NCBI GenBank assembly: GCA_043228905.1
Contig: JBHGNT010000003.1
Location: 9,920,001-9,984,000 of the forward strand
Origin: Azolla caroliniana
Taxonomy: Eukaryota > Plantae > Polypodiophyta
DNA: 64,000 bases
Direction: 5' to 3'
In this document: positions 51,963-61,148 of the stretch, one piece after another
Position numbering within the stretch: the stretch's first letter is position 1
How the letters are laid out: each line of letters begins with the position of its first letter
Notes under the pieces: model-generated
Database searches by the model: none
Told to the model about the DNA's origin: nothing
Seen by the model: only the letters and a program-made list of their open reading frames with translations
Position numbers and translations under genes: made by a program

Positions 51963-51980
51963 TGGTGAACCCGACGTGAA
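51963..51980 (+). promoter_or_regulatory. Primer binding site complementary to tRNA-Trp
   Basis: TGGTGAACCCGACGTGAA is the reverse complement of the plant tRNA-Trp 3' end as I recall it (TTCACGTCGGGTTCACCA). Confidence 0.85.
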
Positions 51981-51996
51981 GACGGGTGGCAAGGAG

Positions 51997-54036
51997 ATGG
52001 AGGCTCAACAAGCTAACAATATGATGGCGATGTTCGAACGGATGCTTCAAGAACAACGCACGATGTCGGAGATTTCGGCATCAGTAGAGCGGCTCGTGCA
52101 ACGCAACGGGCAATTTAATGGTAAGGATGTGTCGCGATATTTGCAGGACTACAAGGCGGAGATGCTCCGGTGCCGGGCTTCGGAAGGACTGCAAGTGACA
52201 TCCTTTAACCGGGTGGCGACCGACGGGCTTCAAGGGAGTATCCACGGGTTGCAACAACAAAATCCGACGTGGGAAGCATTCGAAGGGGCGTTAAAGACCA
52301 CGTTTGCCATCGAGGACTCCTCCAAGGCAACGCGGAGGGGATTCGAGGATTGGGTGGAAACGTCAGGTAAGGGGCTGAAGGTCCTCGAAGTGTTTTCGAC
52401 ATTCGAAAGTCGGTTCGGGAGGTTGTCCACGAGAGATCAAACTATTCTTGCACCGGACAAAGTCATCATGTTTTTGCGAGTTGTGGACGTCCGGGACCGG
52501 AAAGATCTCGGAGTGCTTCTTGAGGACACGACCACCGAAAGCGGCCTCACCGAAACATGGGAAAGCGTGCGGGATATCGTCGCGCGGTACACGAAGAGGG
52601 GGCAATGGCTTGCCAACGAAGAAAAGAGGGTTTCGGAACCGATTCCGAAACCGAGAACGGGACTGGAAGACCATCAACCGAGGGCTCGGGAGATTACGGC
52701 CGAGAAGGGAGTCGACGCGTCTACGGTGGAGCAGCTGCTGAAGGAGATGGAGAATCTAAAGATCGCGATGGTGAAGAAGTCGGATGATCGCCCCACAAGC
52801 TCCAAATATACGGATCGACGGTGCATATGGTGCGATAGCGCCGAACACGATCGGAGGGATTGCGACGACCATAAGGAGGCGCTACGACGGGATCTCATCT
52901 ACTACGAGGGAAACCGGATTCATTCGATGGACTCTCGAAAGCCACTCCGACCGAACTTCCGGAAAGGCGGCATGAAGAAGGTGCTCGAGGAGGAGTTAGC
53001 GGCAAGAAGCAACTATGCGACAACCGCGGGAATATGTGTCGGGGAGTCAACGGGAGCGAAGGCGTCTTTCTGGCCGGAGGTGCTAGGAAACACCGAGAAA
53101 ACCGACTCCAACGATATCCGAAACACCGCGGAAGGCGTCCGGGAAGCTACGGGATGGGAGTGCCCTGTCGACAAGAATAGCATATACGCCCTGTGTCAAT
53201 TACATGAGGTGTATGTGGACGAGAAACGACGGCGCACGGAGGATGCGGCCGGACCATCGAAGATACCGGAAAGCTGGAACTCCGGAGGTAAGGGAAAAGA
53301 AAAGGCGACTCCGGCATTCAAGCTCGCCTCGGACATAGAACAACAAACTGACTTGAAAAGAGTGTTCGAGGAAAGAATCTTGGATAGCCGGGTAGATTTT
53401 TCGCTGCGGGAACTACTCGGAATAGCGAAGAAGGAGTTTCACGATCTTCTCGTGGATCTCGTGAAAAGGAAGAGACAAAGTACGGAGGAAAATGCTCCAA
53501 GGGTGAATGCAAATACCGTTTCAATGAACGACACCGAAGTGGAAGGCGAAATTCCGAACTCCCACTATACAAGGCCACACTGGGCACGTGCGACTACGGA
53601 GACTCCGGTCCGAATCGGCAACATCAAAGAACCCGTGCTAGCATTGATTGATCACGGATCGGAGATCAACTTGATGTCCAAGGAGTTCTACCGAAAGGGG
53701 AAGTGGCCTATAAACACCAACCATGGATGGAAGATTCGGGCAGCCACGAAAACGACAGAAGACCTATTTGCGGCTTGTCCGGATGTGACGGTAAAGATCG
53801 GGGATGTCGAAATTGACCAAAATTTCTTTGTGCAGGATGAGGTTTCACATTCTGTCATCCTCGGCCAACCCTTTATCACGGCTTCACGGATGGAGACGAA
53901 GGTGCTCGATAGTGGTGCGGCTTTTGCGCGAATTCGGAGCCAAAACGGAGGGAAATCCGTCCAATTCCTAACGGTGCCGGCAAATCACGAAAGGAACAAG
54001 AGGGAACTCTTGTCCCAAGTGAGAATGGATTTTTAA
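51997..54036 (+). CDS. Gypsy Gag-protease ORF1
   Basis: CCHC knuckle CIWCDSAEHDRRDC; aspartic protease ALIDHGSEINLM...ILGQPF. Confidence 0.92.
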   Translation: MEAQQANNMMAMFERMLQEQRTMSEISASVERLVQRNGQFNGKDVSRYLQDYKAEMLRCRASEGLQVTSFNRVATDGLQGSIHGLQQQNPTWEAFEGALKTTFAIEDSSKATRRGFEDWVETSGKGLKVLEVFSTFESRFGRLSTRDQTILAPDKVIMFLRVVDVRDRKDLGVLLEDTTTESGLTETWESVRDIVARYTKRGQWLANEEKRVSEPIPKPRTGLEDHQPRAREITAEKGVDASTVEQLLKEMENLKIAMVKKSDDRPTSSKYTDRRCIWCDSAEHDRRDCDDHKEALRRDLIYYEGNRIHSMDSRKPLRPNFRKGGMKKVLEEELAARSNYATTAGICVGESTGAKASFWPEVLGNTEKTDSNDIRNTAEGVREATGWECPVDKNSIYALCQLHEVYVDEKRRRTEDAAGPSKIPESWNSGGKGKEKATPAFKLASDIEQQTDLKRVFEERILDSRVDFSLRELLGIAKKEFHDLLVDLVKRKRQSTEENAPRVNANTVSMNDTEVEGEIPNSHYTRPHWARATTETPVRIGNIKEPVLALIDHGSEINLMSKEFYRKGKWPINTNHGWKIRAATKTTEDLFAACPDVTVKIGDVEIDQNFFVQDEVSHSVILGQPFITASRMETKVLDSGAAFARIRSQNGGKSVQFLTVPANHERNKRELLSQVRMDF

Positions 54037-57000
54037 AGCGGACTGTTGCGGAGTGGGGAAGTGATAGTCCGAGAAGCCCTGATACCCCACACAGGAAGAA
54101 AACTCTCGGAGCAAAACAAGTACGAATCGGGCCGGATGGGGCATCTACGTACACGGTCGTAACCGGAGGAATGAAGAAACAATACCGACAAGTGGAGGAT
54201 AAGTTACGGTCGGCATCAATAATAAAAGAAGACGAAGAAATCGTGGGAGTGATCGAGGAAGTGTTCTATGGGAATACACTACAACGGCTTGAAGAGCTTG
54301 CGGAAGATAAAAGCCAAGGGAACCGGGTAGTCCCGGTGGAATCGGTCGAGATGTACGAGATCGTTGCGAAAATGGGGCCGGATGCGCTCCGCAAAGAAGA
54401 AGCAATGGTAAGTACGAAATACAAGACCGTGGAGAAGAAGGTAAAACCGGCCGCGGGACCACTACCCGCCGATAGCGAACAAAAGAGGAAAGAAGTCTCG
54501 GGAGATCCGACACTTCGGAAGACCGTGGATATCGGACATGCCTTCACAGATGAGACCCGGAAGAAACTTCGGATCGGTGGAGGTGGGTTCCTCTTACAAG
54601 AAGAAGAAAAACGGTTTCGAGAGATGTTGGAGCAACACGGCAAAGCATTCGCGTTCACATCGAGGGAGATCGGATGCATTGATCCAAAGATAGTGGAGCC
54701 GATGGTGATTTTCACGATTGATCATGTACCGTGGAACCTGAAGCCGATTCCGGTGCCACGGGCGCATATTCCGAAAGTCATCGACTTGCTCAAGGAGAAG
54801 GTGGCGATGGGGATTCTAGAGCCATCAAGTGCTCCGTACTCAAATCGATGGTTTACGGTTCCGAAGAAGAATGGGTCACTCCGATTCATCCAAGACTTGC
54901 AACCGGTGAACAAGGTCACGATCCGGAACTCGGGAGTCGGTCCGATAGTGGACGAATTCGCGGAAGCTTTTGCCGGACGTGCGATATACTCCATCGGGGA
55001 CCTATACTCGGGGTATGACCAATTCCAACTAGCCGTGGAGAGCCGAGACATCACTACCATGCGGACACCGATAGGACTAGTTCGAATGTGCACACTACCA
55101 CAAGGAGCGACAAACTCGGTTGCACATATGATGAACGCGATGAACAAGGTGCTTCGAGATTGCATCCCGGAGATAACGATGCCGTTTCTAGATGACATTC
55201 CGATGAAAGGATGCGCGGTGGAAGAAAAAGATGAGACTATGGATGATCGGGGATGCCGAAAGTTCGTGGTCGACCATATTCATGATTGCGAGAAAGTGTT
55301 GCGAAAGCTAGAAGATGTGCACCTAACACTTTCCGGGGAGAAATCGGCATTCGGGCAAGAAGAAATATTGGTGGTCGGACATCTATGTGGACCCTACGGC
55401 CGAAGACCGTCACCAACAAAGATCGATGCGATTCAAGCTATGAAGGAAGTATGTGAGTCAACGTCGGAAGTCCGAAGGTTTCTAGGTGCGTGTGCATTCT
55501 ATCACATATGGATTCCGCACTATGCACATATAGCGGACCCGCTCTATCACTTGTTGCGGAAAGGTAAGAAATTCGAGTGGAAACCGGAACACACTAAAGC
55601 CATGAGGAAGCTCAAGAAGACACTATGGAGGGCGGAATCACTTAAGAAGCCAAGCTACGAGCGGCCAATCATAGTAACGGTTGATACAAGTCCAACCGGT
55701 ATTGGGTGGGTCATCAATCAAGCCGACTCGGATGGTTCGCGGTATCCGATCCGATTTGGAGCAAAGGTCCTCAACGAAAGGCAACGCGGATATGCACAAG
55801 TCAAAAGAGAATTGTGGGGAGTCGTGTCGGCGATAAAATCGGATCGGGATTATTTGATCGGAGCTGAAGTGGTGATCGAGACGGATTGTCTTCCGATACT
55901 CGGGATGATGCGGTGTTGTACGATACCGGATGTGGCTATGCTAAGGTGGATTGCATATGTCAAGTCACTTAATCCGGAGGTTCGACACATCTCGGGGAAG
56001 GACAACGCGGTAGCGGACATGTTATCGAGGGCGCGGTTTGAAGACGACATAACCGAATCAGATAATGAAGAAGTTTCTGAAGACTACTTCACGTCAGAAC
56101 ACATATGCCGAGTGAACGTGATCCGAGAATTCCGGGAAGAAGAATACGAGGGGGAAACCTTGATGATCGGGAAGATGCTACAAGAGGTCGAGGATTCATC
56201 CAATGATAAAGAAAGGAGAGCCGAGATCCGAAGGAAGAAGAGGCAAGTCCAAAAGTTCTTCTTGGAAAACGGTTTAATATGGAGGACGCCGAAAAGACCG
56301 GATGGGATACCACTTCGAGTAGTCGGGACGAAAGAGCAACGAAACCGGATAATGTCCGAGTTCCACGAATCCGATTGGGCTGGACATCGAGGAACATGGG
56401 CAACTTTTGTGAAAATCAAGCAAAGGTATTGGTGGAAGAACATGTATAAAGATGTCGCGGAGTTCACAGAAAGCTGCGAGAAATGCCAAGTCTACTCCGG
56501 GGTCCGACACCGAGATGAGCTGCATCCAACATTCTCACCGACAATCAACTTCAAGTGGATGGTCGACATTGTAGCTATGCCGACCGGGATTGGACAAAAG
56601 AAATACTTGGTGTTAGCTCGAGAAGATCTCACAAACCAAGTTGAAGGTCGAGCGCTTCGGAGGAAAACGTGTGCCGCGGTGTGCCAATTTCTTTTGGAAG
56701 AAGTGTTTTGTAGGTACGGCTGCGTAGGACAAGTGATTGCGGACCGGGGAGAACTCGACTCGGACAAAGCTAGGGGATTCTTCGCCAAACATGGAGTTCG
56801 GTTAACGTTGACAACGGCCTACAATCCGGAGGCCAACGGGAAGATCGAACGAGGACATAGTCCGATCGTGAAAGCACTTGCGAAGGCATGCGACGGAAGG
56901 GTGAAGGATTGGCCACAAATGCTTCCGTATGCACTATGGGCGGATCGGACGACGCATAGCTCCGTGACCGGTTACATGCCGGCAGAACTCATGACCGGAC

Positions 57001-57638
57001 AAGCACCGGTAATGCCAACGGAAACCGCAATCGCGACATGGACAATACTACCGTGGAAGGAAGAGATGAGCCGGGAAGAACTACTAGCGGTCCGGATACG
57101 ACAACTGGAGGGAAGACCGAAAGATGTAGCGGAAGCGTCACGCCGACAACAAGAAGCACGGTTCCGGAACAAAAGCCGGTTCGACACAAAGCACCGACTA
57201 CGACCGAGGAGGATTGAAGAAGGAGATTGGGTGATCGTCTATGATAGTAGCTTGGACCATCAACATACAACGATGCGGAAATTCGCGAAAAGGTGGTTCG
57301 GGCCGTACGAGGTTCGGAAGGTCTTCGACAACGGGACGTACCGACTGTCCGAGTTGGATGGAACAATACTACGAGTGCCTATAGCCGGGAAGCGGGTGAA
57401 GATTTTCAAGAAGCGGACCGACGACAAACCTTATGTGATCCAAGTCGAGGCCGACAACGAGGAGCAATCGGACGAAGACCACAATGATGCGGGAAGCGAA
57501 GAAAGTGGATTACAACTCATAGTCGACATAAGGGGAGAATCGGAGGAAGCTTCGGATGAAGACGGATACGAAGAATCAAGAACTTCGGCACATACCGGAG
57601 GATGTGCGGGTTTGGAGGGGGCGAGTGTCGTAGTGTAG
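54027..57638 (+). CDS. Gypsy Pol ORF2 (RT, RNaseH, integrase) in the -1 frame; first ATG at 54171
   Basis: RT (DLYSGYDQ, LPQGATNS, PFLDD), RNaseH (VDTSPTGIG, ETDC, NAVADMLSR), IN (GHRG...CEKCQ, YNPEANGKIERGH, GPY). The frame is open from the GGATTTT site. Confidence 0.93.
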   Translation, partial: GFLKRTVAEWGSDSPRSPDTPHRKKTLGAKQVRIGPDGASTYTVVTGGMKKQYRQVEDKLRSASIIKEDEEIVGVIEEVFYGNTLQRLEELAEDKSQGNRVVPVESVEMYEIVAKMGPDALRKEEAMVSTKYKTVEKKVKPAAGPLPADSEQKRKEVSGDPTLRKTVDIGHAFTDETRKKLRIGGGGFLLQEEEKRFREMLEQHGKAFAFTSREIGCIDPKIVEPMVIFTIDHVPWNLKPIPVPRAHIPKVIDLLKEKVAMGILEPSSAPYSNRWFTVPKKNGSLRFIQDLQPVNKVTIRNSGVGPIVDEFAEAFAGRAIYSIGDLYSGYDQFQLAVESRDITTMRTPIGLVRMCTLPQGATNSVAHMMNAMNKVLRDCIPEITMPFLDDIPMKGCAVEEKDETMDDRGCRKFVVDHIHDCEKVLRKLEDVHLTLSGEKSAFGQEEILVVGHLCGPYGRRPSPTKIDAIQAMKEVCESTSEVRRFLGACAFYHIWIPHYAHIADPLYHLLRKGKKFEWKPEHTKAMRKLKKTLWRAESLKKPSYERPIIVTVDTSPTGIGWVINQADSDGSRYPIRFGAKVLNERQRGYAQVKRELWGVVSAIKSDRDYLIGAEVVIETDCLPILGMMRCCTIPDVAMLRWIAYVKSLNPEVRHISGKDNAVADMLSRARFEDDITESDNEEVSEDYFTSEHICRVNVIREFREEEYEGETLMIGKMLQEVEDSSNDKERRAEIRRKKRQVQKFFLENGLIWRTPKRPDGIPLRVVGTKEQRNRIMSEFHESDWAGHRGTWATFVKIKQRYWWKNMYKDVAEFTESCEKCQVYSGVRHRDELHPTFSPTINFKWMVDIVAMPTGIGQKKYLVLAREDLTNQVEGRALRRKTCAAVCQFLLEEVFCRYGCVGQVIADRGELDSDKARGFFAKHGVRLTLTTAYNPEANGKIERGHSPIVKALAKACDGRVKDWPQMLPYALWADRTTHSSVTGYMPAELMTGQAPVMPTETAIATWTILPWKEEMSREELLAVRIRQLEGRPKDVAEASRRQQEARFRNKSRFDTKHRLRPRRIEEGDWVIVYDSSLDHQHTTMRKFAKRWFGPYEVRKVFDNGTYRLSELDGTILRVPIAGKRVKIFKKRTDDKPYVIQVEADNEEQSDEDHNDAGSEESGLQLIVDIRGESEEASDEDGYEESRTSAHTGGCAGLEGASVVV

Positions 57639-59285
57639 GTTGCACACTATGTGGAAATTATATTTTTGTCCCTCCGGATAGAGAATGGAGTGCTCGGTGA
57701 GAACCGGAAGAAAACGGCATACCGGCAAGGAGGGAAAACGGCATACCGGCAAGAAGGAAGAAAACGGCATACCGGCAAGGAGGGAAAACGGCATACCGGC
57801 AAGGAGGAAAAAACGGCATACCGGCAAGGAAGAAAACGGCATACCGGCAAGGAAGAGCCGGATAAAGAGACATAAATGTAAAAAGAAAGGAAATACTCAC
57901 TACTGCGCAGGGCGTGATTCGAACTCTGCACCTCCACGTTGACAAACCCCAACCTTACCATTACATTAACTTATCTTAAGTGTTTTAAATATAGATTTAA
58001 TACGTATAAGACCTTTATTTATGCATACCTTTATTAAAAGGTAAATCGTGTATTTTTTTAATATATGAAAAAGAAAAACGCGAGACACTAAAAATAACTC
58101 ATGCACATCTAGCGTGCATGAGCCCTATACTTAGGAAATAAAAAAGCATCACATGCACATTTAGTGGACATGAACACTAAAAAAAAAAAAAAAAAAAAAA
58201 GCATGAAGCCATGCTTAGCTCTTCCTTCCTTATATAAGGAGGAGAGAAATATGTAAAGGGTTGTTGATTATTTGGATTAAGTATTAATTAATACAAAAAT
58301 TATTCGTGGGATTCACGATTTATACGTCTACTTCTCTCTTAACACCCTAAGTACCAATTAATATAGTATACTCGTGTGATTCACGAGTTTCTTATCTTTC
58401 TCTTCGTTATTTATTCATAATTAATCTCTATCTCACGAGCTTCTTTCTCCTAGTCCAAGACCTCTGTGGTTCCCACCCGACTCACGCAACGATCCGGAGC
58501 CGAAAGGCACGACAGCGTCAAAAGCTTGACCCGAAGTCGAAGAAATTTATCCTCGTAGGATACTCACTGGAGCAAAAGGGGTACAAATGCTACAACCCCT
58601 CAACTCGAAAATCTCGAGTAACTCGAGACGTCGTTTTTGACGAATCTGCATCTTGGTACGCACCAGAGACAACTTTGACTCCGATTCCACTCGACTCGGA
58701 ATACGCTGAACAAGAGCGAGAAGGTGGAGATCGCCTTTAAGACATGTTCGAAGATAGCCCGATTACCACAAGGCTAAGTGGGCCCAAGAGCCCCCGAGCG
58801 ATCAAAGCACATCACAGCCTAGCTCGAAGATGGACAAAGGCAAGGCGAAAATGTCGGAATACGAAGACGATCGCTTCGACGACGATAAGTCAACTCACTC
58901 ACTCGACAGTGAGTTCGGTGGCTTCGATGTACTAATCGGAGCTAAGAAAGCCAGGCTCATCTCTGCAAATGACAAGCTCCACCGCGTGAAAAGAATCCGG
59001 TCAACCAATTCGGCCACAACAACTACATGGCATATCACTATGCCTTTATGATGAAGGCGGCGACAGTACACGAGACGGAAACATTTTCCGAAGCAGCCAA
59101 GGATCCGCAATGGATCGAAGCCATGAACGAGGAGATGCAGGCACTATGCAAGAACAAGACGTGAGATCTCGTTCCCACCTCACCACACAAAAAGGCGATC
59201 GGATGCAAATGGATTTACAAAGTGAAGTACAACGTCGACGGTTCCGTCAACCACTACAAAGCGTGACTCGTAGCGAAAGGCTACG

Positions 59286-59626
59286 TGTTGTTGGGGTAGT
59301 TGTGGTTCGTGCGGCGAAGTCGCAGGGACTAAGGTTAAAGGGAGTTGACGAAACTTTTATAAGGCTTTGCGCATAAATGTTAGGAAGATTAAGGATAAGA
59401 AGAATAAGAGTTTAAAGTAATGTATGAGAGAGAGATGAGCGTAGATAGAAGATAGAGAGAATGTATGATTTAAGAAGAAAGAGAATAAGATATGAACATG
59501 ATTTATATTAAGAGAACAAGTTTTTACCAACATTACAATGCTTTATAAATAGACGAACCCTTTCTCGACCGACTCTTCATTTGAACCCTTGACTCGAACT
59601 TGGAAACACGAGCCTCTTCACCAACA
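59286..59626 (-). mobile_element. Probable solo LTR ending Copia H
   Basis: TGTTG...CAACA termini, TATAAA, and a U5-like CCTTAGTCCCTGCG on minus. No TSD match. Confidence 0.5.
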
Positions 59627-61148
59627 AACTAACTTGTTTATTTCATTAATTATGTTCTAACTTTCTCTTGATTCCTTGCTTGATTACCCTAGTTTCCCCT
59701 TGATTCATCCCTTAATTCCTTGCCTCTCTTTATATAAGTGTTGCCATGCATATGGTAATGTATGGGAGCATGGCATGCATGCAATGCATGAGTTACATGT
59801 AATGCAGAGTATAGAGTTGCTTCGGAATGAATTGAAAGGGAAAGATATAGTTGAATTAATCGCGTCAGGGGAAGGAGAAGCTTGCATTAGTTGTGTTAAT
59901 TTTAACTCTTTGCCTATTATAGGTCTGTTGTTGTGTTACCACATGCTTAATTAACTGTTTTGCTTTTTTGCTTTCCAGGTCTATTATTCTATCAGAGCTG
60001 GTTGGATTATTTAGAACATCTATTCCTCATTATGCATTGTTTTTACCCCTCCCCCAGAAATCGTTTTGCTTTGTGATAAAAAAAAGTGCTCAATTTGTCT
60101 TCATGCCTCTCAATTGTGGAAGCTTCTATGCTCTTTTGCATTTGAAGTCTCATAAATTCTACCAAGAGTGGAATTAAGGTCAGTCTTGTTCCATTCTCCT
60201 ATTAAAAGTGTTACTGTTTAACTCTTTTCTTTTTCTTGGGTTCAACATTTTATTATTTTCATTTCTGGTTTGAACATTTGTATCTCTTTATTGTTCTTTT
60301 GATTTGTGTTTTATGTCTTTCAATCATGTGGCTCAGATTTGAAGCCAATTGTTTTTGCTCTTTAAGATGTTTTATCCATTCTGCCAGTCTCATTCCTGTA
60401 CTTTTTGATTTGATGGAATAAAACCCAGTTTTTTTTCTATCTTCCAAGATGTGATCTAAGTTTTCCTGTTTTCCCATTCAGTGTCCAGGGTTTGGAGTTA
60501 TTCTGTTTGCATATTTTTCGTGATCAATCTCATGGAAGCATTCTCCAAAGAAAAGAAGGAAAACCAAGGTACTACTACCCTTTCTAACATAAGAATCAGT
60601 AAGGTATGTATGATGTATGATGTGATGATGTGATGATGAATTTAGTATAGCCAACCAGGGATTTGAATACCATTAGGAGTAAACAAAATCCTCGCTTTTA
60701 GATTCGTAGCGAAATTCGATGGGCGATGTTTTATGTTGCTTATGATGTGTTGATGTACACAGCCTATTGTGGTGTAAAGACCTGCTATAGGTAACCATTG
60801 AATATGACCATGAGAGCCCTATTCGAAACCATTCGAATGTCCTAGGACAGGTTTTACATTCAGGCGAATTTTAAGACAACTTGTTTAAATTAGTGCCCAA
60901 TCTATGTTTTTTTTTTATATATAGAATGTTCATAGTGTAAGGATATTTACATTTGTGGCAAGAGAAATGGTATAAATGTAGTACATGTGTGAATGTTCAT
61001 CATTGTAAAGCTTTTTATGTGTGAATTTATGTATATAAAACAATGGTCAAATTCAGTTGCATTTGGTTAAAAGTCGTATTGTCAATTGTAAATGAATAAT
61101 GTTAAAGAGATGGCACCAATTATTATTAACCTATGTATCGTGCCTTTT

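Larger units (their letters stand above)
51070..58514 (+). mobile_element. Intact full-length Ty3/Gypsy retrotransposon D
   Basis: 889-bp LTRs 51070-51958 and 57626-58514 appear identical, including the A22 run. 4-bp TSD GCGT. tRNA-Trp PBS at 51963-51980. PPT GGAGGGGGCGAG. Two intact ORFs. Confidence 0.98.
48813..59285 (+). mobile_element. Ty1/Copia element H (same family as A and B), gag-deleted, split by Gypsy D, 3'-truncated
   Basis: 5' LTR 48813-49237, PBS 49238-49249, gag/PR/IN 49388-51069. Resumes at 58519 (DEKR|QKLDPKS) and ends in early RT at about 59285. Confidence 0.92.

Noticed and set aside
48392-60589. One large LTR split by Copia H (48392-48812 plus 59627-60589)
   Set aside because: LTR-like composition, but no TSD or termini could be verified by eye.
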